A program made the translations under genes and the position numbers. From Candidatus Puniceispirillum sp. (GTDB lineage: Bacteria > Electryoneota > RPQS01 > DYHQ01), in the NCBI GenBank assembly GCA_020724065.1, contig DYHQ01000001.1, positions 26,782-90,781 of the forward strand: a stretch of DNA of 64,000 bases. The letters are read 5' to 3'. Positions 37,353-49,100 of this stretch are shown one piece after another; position 1 is the stretch's first letter; each line of letters starts with the position of its first letter. The notes beneath the pieces are model-generated. The model had not been told where the DNA came from, searched no databases, and saw only the letters and a program-made list of their open reading frames with translations.

Positions 37353-38766
37353 AGCCGTTATTGGGCTTGAAGTGCACGCCCAGCTTATGACCGAGACCAA
37401 AGCGTTTTGCACTTGCCCCAACCGCTATGGAGCTCCGCCCAATACCCTCGTCTGCCCCGTTTGTTTGGGCATGCCTGGCATCCTTCCCGTCCTGAATCGA
37501 GCCATGCTGGAACAGGCGATGAAGCTCGCTCTGGCTGTGGGCGCGACGGTTCATCCGCGGTCGAAATTCGACCGAAAGAACTACTTCTATCCCGACTTGC
37601 CGAAGGGGTATCAAATCTCGCAGTATGATGAGCCATTCAGCACGGGCGGCTCGATTGAGCTGAAAGTGGACGGTCATCGGAAATCCATTCGGATTCGCCG
37701 AATCCATCTTGAAGAGGACGCAGGCAAATCCATGCATCAGGCGGACGGTTCGACGATTGTGGACATGAATCGCTGCGGGGTGCCATTGGTGGAAATTGTC
37801 TCGGAGCCCGACATGAGCACTCCGGCCGAAGCTCGTGCGTATCTGAATGAAATTCGCCGACTCGTGCGTTGGCTGGATGTGTGCGACGGAAACATGGAAG
37901 AGGGGTCGCTGCGGTGCGATGCGAATGTATCCGTGCATCGCAAGGGAAGCGAAGCATTCGGAATCGCGACTGAAGTGAAGAACATGAACTCCATCCGTGG
38001 CGTTGAACGAGCACTGGCGTATGAAATCGAGAGGCAAATTGGAGTTGTTGAAGGTGGTGGGACGATCACGCGGCAAACGCTTCTATGGGATGAGACCGAG
38101 GAGATTGCGCGTCCCATGCGCCGAAAAGAGAGCTCGGATGATTATCGCTATTTCCCGGAGCCTGACTTGGTGGAAGTTGTCGTTCCGTCGGAATGGGCCG
38201 AGCGAATCTCGCGCGATCTGGTAGAGCTTCCTCGTGCCCGCTGCATGCGTTTCTGTCAAGAGTATGGTCTTGCCGAAGCAACGGCAGAGGTTTTGGCAGG
38301 CGAGCGCGGTGTCGCTGACTATTTCGAGGCGTTGGCCAAGGAGTCCGGCGATCCGAGGAGGGCTGCCAACTGGGTTCAGGGAGACGTGCTGCGAATCCTA
38401 AAAGAGAGAAATTGCGACATAGCCTCCTTTCCCGTGAGCGTCTCCGACTTGGCTGGCCTCATGAACGAGGTGGAGACTGCGCGTCTTTCTCTGAGCGGCG
38501 CGAAGAAAGTGCTCGATAGAATGATCGAGACAGGCCGGAGTCCTGAATCAATCATTGAGCAAGAAGGCTTCGCACAAACCTCCGATGCGAGGGAGATTGA
38601 AGAAGTCGCGCGTGAAATATTGGCAAAATTCCCAAGCGAAGTTATCAAGTACAAATCAGGCAAGAAGAATCTCTTTGGCTTTTTCGTTGGCGAGACGATG
38701 AAAGCGACCAAAGGGCAGGCGAATCCAAAGGTCGCCAGCGAAATTCTGCAAAGACTTCTTTCATAG
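37339..38766 (+). CDS. gatB: Aspartyl/glutamyl-tRNA(Asn/Gln) amidotransferase subunit B
   Basis: Has YEAVIGLEVHAQL and a C-terminal GatB/YqeY domain. Overlaps the end of gatA. Confidence 0.9.
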   Translation: MGEYEAVIGLEVHAQLMTETKAFCTCPNRYGAPPNTLVCPVCLGMPGILPVLNRAMLEQAMKLALAVGATVHPRSKFDRKNYFYPDLPKGYQISQYDEPFSTGGSIELKVDGHRKSIRIRRIHLEEDAGKSMHQADGSTIVDMNRCGVPLVEIVSEPDMSTPAEARAYLNEIRRLVRWLDVCDGNMEEGSLRCDANVSVHRKGSEAFGIATEVKNMNSIRGVERALAYEIERQIGVVEGGGTITRQTLLWDETEEIARPMRRKESSDDYRYFPEPDLVEVVVPSEWAERISRDLVELPRARCMRFCQEYGLAEATAEVLAGERGVADYFEALAKESGDPRRAANWVQGDVLRILKERNCDIASFPVSVSDLAGLMNEVETARLSLSGAKKVLDRMIETGRSPESIIEQEGFAQTSDAREIEEVAREILAKFPSEVIKYKSGKKNLFGFFVGETMKATKGQANPKVASEILQRLLS

Positions 38767-38772
38767 TAAGAT

Positions 38773-41700
38773 ATGCAACTTCTTTCGATAGAATTGTCCG
38801 GATTCAAGTCGTTTCCCAAGCCGACGAAGATTGCGTTTGCACCCGGCGTTACTTCGATTGTTGGACCCAACGGATGCGGGAAAACGAATATTGTGGACGC
38901 GGTGCGTTGGGCTTTGGGTGAACAGAAAACTTCCGTCTTGCGCTCCGAGCGGATGGACAATGTCGTTTTCAATGGAACGGCGACACGCAAACCTCTGGGG
39001 ATGGCGGAGGTGAGCATAAACATCAACAATAGCGACGGCGGGTTGCCAACGCCTTATGCTGAAGTGGAAATCAAGCGTCGAATTTACCGCGATGGAGGAG
39101 GCGAGTATTTTCTAAATGGCGAGTTGTGTCGCCTGAAGGATATTGTCGAGCTGCTTCAGGATACCGGCATGGGGCCGGACAGCTACAGCATTCTTGAGCT
39201 TCGCATGGTCGAAGAGATTCTGCGCGAGGGAGGAGACGGGCGGCGCCATCTTTTTGAAGAGGTGGCTGGAGTTGCCAAATATAAATCGCGCCGCCAGCAG
39301 GCACAAAATAAGCTCAGCCAGACAGACGAAGATCTGAAACGCTTGGCCGACATTCTGACGGAAGTTGACCGCCGGGTCTCGTCGTTGAAACGTCAGGTGG
39401 CGCGCGCCCGGCGGTATCAGAAACTTGAGGCTGAAATGGCATCGGCTGAGCTCAGCATCCTGTGGCGCAGCTACGAGAGATTTCAAACGGAGCTTGCCCC
39501 TCTGGAACAGGAGATGAAACGCAGCGCCGATTCGTCTCTTACTGTGCGCAGTCTCTTGCGAGTCGAAGAAGCCCAACTGGAACAGCTCCGGACTGACGCT
39601 CTCGCCGCGGAGAAAGCGCTGGCGCAGATTCGCGCTGCTCTGGAAATCTGCGTCTCTGAAATAGCCGCCTTGGAAACCGAGAATGCGACGCTGGACACGC
39701 GAGCCAACGCCGCGCGCGACACGATTAGCCATTCGGAACGAACACGAATCCTGTTAGAAGAGAAACAAGGGGTTCTCGCGCGGAAGAAGGAGTCTCAAGA
39801 GAGCGAAAGACAGAGATTGACCAAGGCTCTGCAGGCCGCCGAAAGTGAACTTGCCACAGCTCAAAAGGAGTATGAAGAGCAAGAGAAAACGCTCGAGGAG
39901 ATTCTCTACCGTGCTCGCCATCACGATAAACATTCGGCAAGTCTCCGCGCCGATGTGACAGCAAAAGGACGGCAGCTTTCAGAGAAAGAAACGGCATGGG
40001 CAAGCTTGACGGGCCGGCGGGAGACCCATCAACAAGAACTCGCGCAAATGGCGGAGCAGACGAAAGCTTTGGAGGCTCAGGCCGGGCAGGCGACAAAGCG
40101 AGAGACCGAGCTTCAAGAGACATTCGTGAAACTCCAACAGGACGAGGCGGCGCTTCAGCAGCGACACAGAACCCAAACTGAGAGTATTCAAAGTAAAGAG
40201 GAGAGTCTTCGAGCATTGCAGCAGGCGATTGACTTGGCGGCCAATCAAATCGAAATGCTGAAGACACTCTATGAGAGGGGCCCGCGCTCGAATCCCGCTC
40301 TGAAGTTTCTCCGTCAGCAGCGGGTCGCCGGACTCGTGGAGCTCCTGGGTGATGCTCTGGATGTGCCTGAGACTTATTCGCGTGCTTTCGAGGCTATCTT
40401 GGGTCCGGCGGCCTATTACTACCTTGTCGAATCCAGCGAGACCGCTTTTGAAGCGATTGAAGCGTTGCGGCAGTCGGGAGCAGGGCAAGCCGTTTTCGTA
40501 CCCATTCGCGATCTTCAGCAGTCGGAGATACCTCAGCCGACACTGCCCGAGGGAACCTTGGGACGCGCCATAGATTTCTTGAATGGACGCCTTGATGACC
40601 CCATCGCGTGCCACTTTCTCGGGAAGGTGGTTATTGTCAAGGATTGGGCGACGGTCTGCGCGCTTCAGGTCTGGGGCAAAGAAAATGATTTGACGCTCGT
40701 CAGTCTGGATGGCGAATGGATCACGCCTGAGGGCGTCATGTGCGGTGGCGCGGCCGCGATGAAAGTGCCGGCCGACTTCGGATTGAAGAGGCAGATTTCG
40801 CTTCTGAGGCAGAGACTTGATGAATCGCGTGCGAACTTGGCGAAGGCCAGTAGTGCTCACGCTGAACTTCTCACGCAGCGTACCTCGATTGACCAAGAAC
40901 TAATGAAAATCCGAGAGCGAATCGCTTCCTTTGGGAATGAACTTACCCATTTGCGTGAAAGCCGGCTTCAGAGATGCGCTCTTCAGGAGCACCTGCAGAA
41001 TCGCCAAGCGACGATTGAGACCGAATTAGCGACATTGATTGCAGCTATTGAATCGGCAAGCGGCGGGATTCAAACGGATTCGCGCGCTCTGGCGGAGGCG
41101 CAGGAGCGATTGGACAAGGCCGTTTCATCGGGTAGCGATTTGGAGAAAGAAATGGCTGCGGCGCGTCGGCAGTCTGCTCTTGTGAAAGAGAAATTTCATC
41201 GCGCCGAGCGACAGCACGATGATGCGAAGCATCGGCTGCAGATCGCCGAGCTCGAGCTGCAAGGCATTGTCAATTCCTCAGGAGAGATTCTCGCCGAGCT
41301 TCAAGCAAGTGAGCAGCGAGCGACACAAGCCGCGAAGGAAGAAGGCGAAATCGCGCACCGCAAGAGCGAAGTCGAAGCACAGCTTCTGGAGAAATTCCGC
41401 AAGAGAGACGCAGTTTCTTCTGCGCTGGATCGGCAAAATACACATCTGGACGAGGCGCGAGGAAAGGTGCGAGAGCAGGAAGACAAGCTGCGGACCCTCC
41501 GCGCGGGACGAGAAGAAGGCTTGGAGGGAGAGCGCAAGCTCGAGCGAGAAATCACACGCCTGCAAGCCGAACGCGACGCCCTGGTGACTGGTGCCCGCAG
41601 CAAGTACGTCTTGGACCTGTCCTCTCCCGATTTTGCGGCGACGCATCCCGAGATTGTTTCAGCCGAGGTGGCTGAGCAAACGGTTGCTGACTTGGCCGTG

Positions 41701-42306
41701 AAAATACAACAGTTGGAACCCGTCAATCTTCTGGCGATTGAGGAGTTCGAGCAGGAGAATGCGCGGCTGCAAACTATGGTCGCCAACCGCGACGACCTCC
41801 TGAAAGCCAAGGCAACTCTCGAAGAGACGATCTCAAGGATCAACGAAACGGCGCAATCAAGATTCCTGGAAACCTTCGGAAAGGTTCGGGCCAACTTCCA
41901 GAAACTGTTCAGGGAGTTTTTTGGAACGGGTGAGGCAGATCTTATTCTTAGCGGGACGGATCTCTTGGAGGCGGATGTCACGCTTTGGGCGAATCCCTCA
42001 GGAAAACGGTTGAAGTCGCTTTCTCTGATGTCGGGAGGAGAGAAGGCGATGACGGCCATCGCGCTGCTCTTTGCTCTGTATCAAGTAAAACCATCGCCTT
42101 TTTGCATTTTGGACGAGGTGGATGCACCTCTGGACGATGCGAATATTGTCCGTTTCAATGAGATGATTCGGCGTCATTCTGAGGAAACACAGTTTATTCT
42201 TGTCACCCACAACAAGCGGACGATGGAGGCCGCGGATACCCTGTGGGGTGTGACCATGGAGGAAGACGGGGTCTCGAAAGTTGTGTCCGTTCGTTTGCTT
42301 GCTTAG
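38773..42306 (+). CDS. smc: Chromosome segregation protein SMC
   Basis: Has an N-terminal Walker A (GPNGCGKTNIVDAVRWALGEQ), long coiled coils, a hinge, and the C-terminal LSGGEK..DEVDAPLD. Length is 1177 aa. Confidence 0.9.
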   Translation: MQLLSIELSGFKSFPKPTKIAFAPGVTSIVGPNGCGKTNIVDAVRWALGEQKTSVLRSERMDNVVFNGTATRKPLGMAEVSININNSDGGLPTPYAEVEIKRRIYRDGGGEYFLNGELCRLKDIVELLQDTGMGPDSYSILELRMVEEILREGGDGRRHLFEEVAGVAKYKSRRQQAQNKLSQTDEDLKRLADILTEVDRRVSSLKRQVARARRYQKLEAEMASAELSILWRSYERFQTELAPLEQEMKRSADSSLTVRSLLRVEEAQLEQLRTDALAAEKALAQIRAALEICVSEIAALETENATLDTRANAARDTISHSERTRILLEEKQGVLARKKESQESERQRLTKALQAAESELATAQKEYEEQEKTLEEILYRARHHDKHSASLRADVTAKGRQLSEKETAWASLTGRRETHQQELAQMAEQTKALEAQAGQATKRETELQETFVKLQQDEAALQQRHRTQTESIQSKEESLRALQQAIDLAANQIEMLKTLYERGPRSNPALKFLRQQRVAGLVELLGDALDVPETYSRAFEAILGPAAYYYLVESSETAFEAIEALRQSGAGQAVFVPIRDLQQSEIPQPTLPEGTLGRAIDFLNGRLDDPIACHFLGKVVIVKDWATVCALQVWGKENDLTLVSLDGEWITPEGVMCGGAAAMKVPADFGLKRQISLLRQRLDESRANLAKASSAHAELLTQRTSIDQELMKIRERIASFGNELTHLRESRLQRCALQEHLQNRQATIETELATLIAAIESASGGIQTDSRALAEAQERLDKAVSSGSDLEKEMAAARRQSALVKEKFHRAERQHDDAKHRLQIAELELQGIVNSSGEILAELQASEQRATQAAKEEGEIAHRKSEVEAQLLEKFRKRDAVSSALDRQNTHLDEARGKVREQEDKLRTLRAGREEGLEGERKLEREITRLQAERDALVTGARSKYVLDLSSPDFAATHPEIVSAEVAEQTVADLAVKIQQLEPVNLLAIEEFEQENARLQTMVANRDDLLKAKATLEETISRINETAQSRFLETFGKVRANFQKLFREFFGTGEADLILSGTDLLEADVTLWANPSGKRLKSLSLMSGGEKAMTAIALLFALYQVKPSPFCILDEVDAPLDDANIVRFNEMIRRHSEETQFILVTHNKRTMEAADTLWGVTMEEDGVSKVVSVRLLA

Positions 42307-42315
42307 AGGTTGGTC

Positions 42316-43761
42316 ATGATGAAACCAATAAGGACTATCGGGGGTACCGCCATGTGGTTCATAGGATTGCTTCTCTTGCTTTCCCTTATGGGGCAAGCAC
42401 GCCCAGCGGAAGCGGGCTTGGCCATTGACCTGGATTACGCGTGCTTCCGCGGGCGCGATTCACTTGTTTATGTCGAGGTGTTCGCCTCGGTGCAGCGTTC
42501 ACAGCTTGTGTATGCTCAAACCGATTCGGGACTCGCCGCTCGGTTTCGGCTTGCCATGAGCATGGTGCGGAGTGGCGAGGTCATAGCTTCGGACACGCTT
42601 CAAGGCTTTGACATGGTTACCGATTCCAGTGAACTCAGGGCCGGTCAATTCTTCCCGTATGTGTTCGCCTTCTATTTGAAACCTGGGCACTATGAGGCTC
42701 AAGCCGATCTGGAAGATGAGACGAGTGGAGTCAGCGAACGCAAGACCGTTTCGACAGTCATCGAACAGGCCTCCACGGATTCGTTGGCGATGTCCGATAT
42801 CGAACTGGCCTGCCTTGTCGAAAAAACGGACGAAGTCTCACGGTTCTGGAAAAACGGCTTTCGCGTTCTTCCTAATCCGGTACGATTCTATGGAACGCAA
42901 CTGCCGCTTTTTTATTATTATTGTGAGTTGTACAACTTCAGATTCTTTCCTGATTCTCCTGACAGCTTCATGATTCACCGGCAGATTCGAGCGGCCGAAA
43001 CGGGGACGGTGGTCCGCTCGTTGCCAGCTCGCGTCAAGAAGAAGGCCGGAGCAACCGCGGTCGAGGCTGACGGATTTCCCATTACGACCTTAAGTACGGG
43101 CACCTACAGCTTTGAAATCCGTATCACCGACCTCTACGACAATTGCGTGGCTGAAGAAGTCAAGAAGTTCTGGGTGTATCGCCCGGAGGATTTTGAAGCG
43201 GGTCGCAGAACAGCGACGGATTCGCTTTTTGTTGGACGGCTTGCTGAGTTCGCACAGCCTGCGGCAGACATCGAGAATGCGGAAGTTGCGCTGGAGCAGA
43301 TGCGCCATATCCTGACGGCGGATGAGATTGCTCGTGTCCGGAGGCTGACTCCCGAGGGGAAAGTCCAGTTCTTGCGAGAGTATTGGGAGCGCGTGGCTCA
43401 GCCGGAAGGGATAACCCCCGAGCTTGCGCGATGGAAATACTTCAGCCGTATTGAAGAGGCCAATCGGCGATTTTCATACCTGAAAAAGGAAGGTTGGAAG
43501 ACAGACCGCGGTCGCGTCTACGCCCAACTGGGGCCCCCGGATTTGGTGGATTATCGCACGGCGCAGGAAGACACACCGGACCATGAAATCTGGTACTATG
43601 ACAAAATCGAAGGAGGCGTGCAATTCGTCTTCGCCGATAAGTCCGGCTTTGGGGACCTGGAGCTTGTGCACTCGACGAAGCGTGGCGAGATTTCCGATCT
43701 CAACTGGCTCAAGACACTGAGTGGGCGGCCGTTGGACGAACGAACGAGACTCTCACAATGA
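42316..43761 (+). CDS. Secreted GWxTD-domain protein
   Basis: Has a signal peptide. The C-terminus has GWKTDRGRVYAQLGPPD (a GWxTD motif). The start was set at the ATG preceded by GAGG. Confidence 0.6.
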   Translation: MMKPIRTIGGTAMWFIGLLLLLSLMGQARPAEAGLAIDLDYACFRGRDSLVYVEVFASVQRSQLVYAQTDSGLAARFRLAMSMVRSGEVIASDTLQGFDMVTDSSELRAGQFFPYVFAFYLKPGHYEAQADLEDETSGVSERKTVSTVIEQASTDSLAMSDIELACLVEKTDEVSRFWKNGFRVLPNPVRFYGTQLPLFYYYCELYNFRFFPDSPDSFMIHRQIRAAETGTVVRSLPARVKKKAGATAVEADGFPITTLSTGTYSFEIRITDLYDNCVAEEVKKFWVYRPEDFEAGRRTATDSLFVGRLAEFAQPAADIENAEVALEQMRHILTADEIARVRRLTPEGKVQFLREYWERVAQPEGITPELARWKYFSRIEEANRRFSYLKKEGWKTDRGRVYAQLGPPDLVDYRTAQEDTPDHEIWYYDKIEGGVQFVFADKSGFGDLELVHSTKRGEISDLNWLKTLSGRPLDERTRLSQ

Positions 43762-44510
43762 ACTCCACCGCGCAAATTGTCACTGAAGGACTCTCGAAGA
43801 CTTACTATGACAGTCGCCGTGGGGCTATTCATGCGGCGGTTGACATTGGCATTGCGTGCAGCGCCGGCGAGGTTTTTGGGCTTTTGGGAACCAATGGTGC
43901 TGGCAAGACGACGACCCTGCGCATGCTGTCAACGGTTCTGCAACCAACCAGCGGGAGGGCATGGGTGGCCGGTTTTGAGGTTAGCGAGAATCCTCAAGCA
44001 ATTCGGGAGCGTATCGGATTTCTCTCGAGCGATACGGGCATCTATGGCCGTCTGACGGCGCGGGAGATGATGCGTTATTTCGGGCAACTTTGTGGGATGC
44101 CTTCCGAGATGATTGAGAGGCGTGTTGAAGAGATTAGCGCTCGTTTTGATATGAAGGAATTTCTCGACAGCCGTTGTGAAAAACTTTCCAGCGGTCAAAG
44201 GCAGAGAGTCTCGATTGGGCGCACGATTATTCATGACCCACCGGTGCTGATCTTAGACGAACCCACCGCAGGGCTGGATGTCCTGGCGGCAGCGGAAATC
44301 GTTCGTTTTATCCATCAAGCGCGTTCTGAAGGCCGATGTGTTCTTCTGTCCACGCATATCATGCGCGAAGCGGAGAAACTGTGTGACCGGATTGCCATTC
44401 TCCACGAGGGGCGCATTCAAGCCTGTGGACCTCTGGACCAGCTCTATCAAAGCATGCAAACGACTGATCTTGAAGAGGTCTTCATGCACGTTGTCGGGAT
44501 GGCCGTGTAG
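43758..44510 (+). CDS. ABC transporter ATP-binding protein (single gene, no permease adjacent)
   Basis: Walker A is [10 protein letters not shown], signature is LSSGQRQR, Walker B is [11 protein letters not shown]. The start overlaps the GWxTD gene stop (ATGA). Confidence 0.8.
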   Translation: MNSTAQIVTEGLSKTYYDSRRGAIHAAVDIGIACSAGEVFGLLGTNGAGKTTTLRMLSTVLQPTSGRAWVAGFEVSENPQAIRERIGFLSSDTGIYGRLTAREMMRYFGQLCGMPSEMIERRVEEISARFDMKEFLDSRCEKLSSGQRQRVSIGRTIIHDPPVLILDEPTAGLDVLAAAEIVRFIHQARSEGRCVLLSTHIMREAEKLCDRIAILHEGRIQACGPLDQLYQSMQTTDLEEVFMHVVGMAV

Positions 44511-44616
44511 TCTATTGGCAACCCTGTTGGCACTTATTTTGCTCGTTAAGTCGGTGGAATAGAAATGTCTATCCAAGCAACGCCGGTAAGCTCAATGATG
44601 AAGAGGAGAGCAAAGG

Positions 44617-45828
44617 ATGTCTCCAACGCAATCTGAACACTACAAGCTCTTGGTCATAGACGATGATAAGGCAATTCTTGCCTTCCTGCAGGAGAGTTTT
44701 TCACGCGACGGGTATCAAGTGTATCTTGCCGCGACGCTCGCCGAGGCTCGCGCTCTCCTGGCTCGGCATGAAGTCCATGTGGTTCTGTCCGACCAGAATC
44801 TTCCGGACGGGAACGGAGTTGATTTCTTGGCGGAATTACACGGGACGGGTATCGAAGCGATTCCGATTTTGATGACCGGTTATGCTGACCTGAACATCGC
44901 TCTGGATGCGATTAATCGCGGCAAGGTTTACAAATTTGTAAGAAAGCCGGTGGACCATATCCTCCTGAAGCAGATTGTCCAAAGGGCGGCGGAGCATTAT
45001 GCGTTGCTTGAGGAGAAGAAGCGTTTGGCTAGTGAGGTACTTCGTTACAACGAGCTTCTTCGTCGAGATTCGGAGCTCCAATCCCGTGACCTCAAGTCGG
45101 CTCACTCAAAGATTCAGAAACACAGTCAAACGCTGCGCAAGCAGAAAGAGCAAATTGAAACGCTTTACACTGAAATTCAATCGGCCTATCTTCACACGGT
45201 GACTTCCTTGTGCGTGGCGATCGAGGCAAAGGATTTATACACGCGGGGTCATAGCGACCGCATCTATTACTATTGCACGCTTACTAGCCGACGCCTCGGA
45301 TTGGACAATGCGAGTTTTGAGGAACTGAAGCTGGCTGGCGTTCTTCATGATATTGGGAAGATCGGCATTCCGGATAGCATCCTGCGAAAGACCTCGGCAC
45401 TCACCGAATCCGAACATGCCATGATTCGCACGCACCTTGATTTTGCGGACAAAATCCTCATGCCGCTTCCCTTTCTGGAAAAAACACGGCGCATTGTGAG
45501 ACAACACCATGAGCGGTATGATGGAACAGGCTATCCGGATGGTCTGAAAGGGGAAGAGATTTCGATCGAAGGCCGCATTTTGGCCGTCGCCGATGCCTAC
45601 GATGCGATGCGTTCTAATCGCTCGTATCGAAATGCCCTCACGATGCGGGCGGCTTTTGATCAATTGGAAGCGGAGTCCGGCAAGCAATTCTGCCCATTGT
45701 GCGTTGCGGCTCTGCGCACGGGTATTAGCGAAGAGGGAGAGTATCCTCAGGCTGCGCAAGCGTCCGCTCCCTCCTTGCCGCCGCCCCAAGCAAAACCCTC
45801 CCGCCTGCGCTCAAGAGTCTCACATTGA
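44617..45828 (+). CDS. Response regulator with a REC receiver domain and an HD-GYP phosphodiesterase domain (orphan: no histidine kinase adjacent)
   Basis: The receiver is LLVIDDDKAIL..VVLSDQNLPDGNG. The HD-GYP domain has HSDRI, LHDIGKIGIPD and HHERYDGTGYPDGL. An AGGAGAG ribosome-binding site precedes the start. Confidence 0.8.
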   Translation: MSPTQSEHYKLLVIDDDKAILAFLQESFSRDGYQVYLAATLAEARALLARHEVHVVLSDQNLPDGNGVDFLAELHGTGIEAIPILMTGYADLNIALDAINRGKVYKFVRKPVDHILLKQIVQRAAEHYALLEEKKRLASEVLRYNELLRRDSELQSRDLKSAHSKIQKHSQTLRKQKEQIETLYTEIQSAYLHTVTSLCVAIEAKDLYTRGHSDRIYYYCTLTSRRLGLDNASFEELKLAGVLHDIGKIGIPDSILRKTSALTESEHAMIRTHLDFADKILMPLPFLEKTRRIVRQHHERYDGTGYPDGLKGEEISIEGRILAVADAYDAMRSNRSYRNALTMRAAFDQLEAESGKQFCPLCVAALRTGISEEGEYPQAAQASAPSLPPPQAKPSRLRSRVSH

Positions 45829-45928
45829 GCACCTAACACCCTGATTATCAGGAAATTGGGGGACGGGGATTCACCGGTTGCGCCGGAACGCTGGGTGGCA
45901 GTTGGACCGGCGGCTTGCACGAATGGGC

Positions 45929-45957
45929 TTGACTTTCTGAGTTTATTTTTGTAGAAT
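45929..45957 (+). promoter_or_regulatory. Sigma70-like promoter upstream of the porU-like gene
   Basis: TTGACT, 17-nt spacer, TAGAAT. Coordinates are approximate. Confidence 0.5.
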
Positions 45958-46160
45958 TTAAAACATCAGACGGCTTGCCAGGAGATAAATGCCCCTTCCT
46001 TAAGAGGATTTTTGAGTCGGGAATTCGATTTCAAAGACTACATCCTCCGTCGTTACCTCTTCCGGCAGGGCGCTATCTCCTTTCAAGTTTCTTGCGACCG
46101 AATGATTCAGGTAACGAATGTTCGGTTTTTTTGTTGTCAACCGTCGGGAACTACTCATTT

Positions 46161-49100
46161 ATGCGATACGGATGGATTGTCGCTCTTCTCGGTCTTCCGC
46201 TGATTCTCTTCGCCAGTGCGCTGGAAATCGAGGTGTCAAACTCGACGATGTGCCGATTCGCCTATGCGCCGGGACCGGCCACGGTGCATGCGGATACGGT
46301 GAGAGCTGGAGCATTAGTGCGCGAATGGATGGACACGGATGAAACCGTTGCGGGTGGACTCCGACAGCCAGTCCGGCATGTGTATGTTGTGTTACCGCCC
46401 AAGGCAGTGCCCGTTCTGGAAACTGGCGATTTGCAGACCCATTGGGAATCCGGAGGGCTTGCCGCTCCTGACCCGACTTGGCCTGAAATGACTGGGCGGG
46501 CGACGCCCGAGAGTTTCGCGAAGCTTGTCGAGGAATTCCGCTGGCGGGATTTTCGGCTCGCTCATATAGAAATCTATCCCGTCCGAGAGTGGGGTGGAGG
46601 CGCCAACCTGCTGGAGAGAGTGCGTTGCACCATTCAGTTCGTGGGCGGGCAAATATCCGGGCAACCACCGCGGGATTTGCAGATTCTGTCGAGATTGGCT
46701 GTCAATGGAGGTATCGGGGCGACTTGGTGGGAAGCGCCCGTGCGCCGGCCCGAAAGAACGAGTTCGACCTGGCCCGAAGGAGACCTCTACAAAATATCTG
46801 TTCGTGAAACAGGCCTGTACCGGGTATCAGGTGAATGGCTTCAATCGCACGGAGTCAATTTCATCGGACAAGCAACGCGCAAGCTTCACCTCTTGGGAAA
46901 CGGAGGTCATCTGTTGCCGCGAGACTTCAACCGCGCGCGGGATACGCTTTTCGTTGAAGACGCTATTTGGGTCGAGGATGGTGGCGATGGAAACTTCGAT
47001 CCAGAGGACTACTTCATTTTTTACGGGCAAGGACTGAAGGGTTTCGATTATATTGACGGAGATTCGTACCATCTGTACGAATTGGCCCATCACAGTCCCT
47101 ACTCGCAGGACAATGCCTATTTTGTGCAGTATGATGCCAATGGGCCGGATGGGTTGAGGATGCCTTCACTTCCTGCCGGTTCGGTGGGAGGGCAACCGGT
47201 CACCGGAACGCGGGGTCGAGTGGTGCGCGACGATGACCTTTTCATTTTCAACACGGATGCTTTCAGTGAGTCGGGTCTTGTCTGGTTTATGGCGACTGTT
47301 GCTCCGGGAGATGTGCGCTCGTTCGTGACCACACTGCCCGGAGTCACCGATGGTTCGGGGCGCATGAAATTGGATTTCAAGGTTCGCGGCAGTGGCAGTC
47401 CCAAGCTCACCATTTCTGTGAACGACTCGATTCTCTTGGAGAACTACTATAGTGAGTTTGCCTTTGAGATTGCCTTTTCTTCCGGTGTGCTTGTTCCAGG
47501 GTCAAACAACCTCACGATTGAGAACACGGGGAATCAATCTACCTTGCTGAACTTCATCGAGTACGATTATGCGAGGGATTTGTCGTCCAGCGGTGGGGAG
47601 CTTTTCTTCGAAGCTCCCACGAGCACAACGGGACTATATCGCTATGAACTGCCGGATCTGACTGCTCCCCACGTCATTGATATTACAGATCCACTTCATC
47701 CTCGAATGGGTCGCTCCAATATTTTCGTAGATAGTTCATGGGTGGATATGCCTCGGCAGTACTACGCTTGTTCCCCTGAGCGCCTGCGCACAGCGCAGTG
47801 GGTGGGGAAGGATATTCATGAAACGGAAGACTACGACATCCTGCGCCGTGCCGGCCGACAAACCGATATGATTATCATCATACCGGATGAATGGTTCGAT
47901 ATGCTCGCGCCCTTGAAAACCTTTCACGAGAGCCATGCGGAAGAGCCTCTCACCGTCATCCGGGTGAGACTGAGCGACATCTACGATGAGTTTGCATGGG
48001 GAAATAGCGATCCCGTGGCTATTCGAGACTTCCTCCATTACGCGTTCGCAAATTGGCGTGGCTCTGACGGAGCCCAAGAAGCGCCTCGCTATCTAGTGCT
48101 CGTGGGCGATGGGAATTACGACTACCGAAATATTCTGCTGACCTCGGATCATAACTGGATGCCACCGTGGGAGAAAGACGGAGATTGTTTCGACGACTTC
48201 TACTCGGAATTCGGGGGTCCACTACCGAATCTGTACACAGGCCGTCTGCCGGTTCAGTCGTCCACCGAACTGCAAGTGACCCTCGACAAAATCACTCAAT
48301 ACGGAGGAAATCCCCTATATGGTCCTTGGAAGAACACTGCAACTTTTGTCGCGGACGACGAGTATAAAAACGGTTGCAAGTCTGGTGAACATGTTCATAC
48401 CGAGGACTCGGAGGAGATTCTGAAGGCCGTTTTGCCCTCGTATTTCACTTTCAAGAAAATCTACGAAATCTTTTATCCATTTCGGTCGAGTCCTACCGGT
48501 GGATTCAAACCCGACGCGACGCGCGATCTGCTCGAATGTATAAACCGTGGGACGCTCATCGTCAACTACATGGGACATGGGAATCCCGAGGTATGGTCCG
48601 ACGAGCAGGTCTTTGTTTCGGGCAGAGACAGTCCGCTTATCGAAAACGGGCGCATGTTGGGCTTCTTTGTTGCCGCGACCTGTAGCTGGGGTCAATTCGA
48701 TACACCCCTTCTGCGCTGCCACCCCGAAGTGCTCATGGCCAAGTTCGGCGCAGGTGCGATCGGTGCTCTGGCCGCCACTCGTTTCACCACGCCGATCAGC
48801 AATAATGCTCTGCTCATTTGGTTCTATGATTCGCTGTTCGAGCAGCGATGGCCTCGGACTTCTCTGGGAGAGGCGCTCTTTCTTTCCAAGGGAGTCTCGC
48901 AGTCGAACTCCGAGCGGTATCATCTCTTCGGTGATCCCGCTTTGCGCCTCGCGACTCCTGAGGGGAGCGCGCGCGTCACCCAGCTTTCATCGGATTCCCT
49001 TCAAGCGCTTTCACTCTTTACAATTGAGGGAGAGGTTTTGCGGGACACCGTACAGCTTTGGGAGGATTTCGCCGGGATCGTGGAAGCGAGAGTCTATGAC

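Noticed and set aside
45975-46160. A 62-codon N-terminal extension of the PorU-like ORF (TTG at 45975)
   Set aside because: The extension is hydrophilic and unlike a signal peptide, and it begins only about 10 nt after the predicted transcription start. A textbook signal peptide starts at the internal Met (46161), so the extension is treated as 5' UTR.
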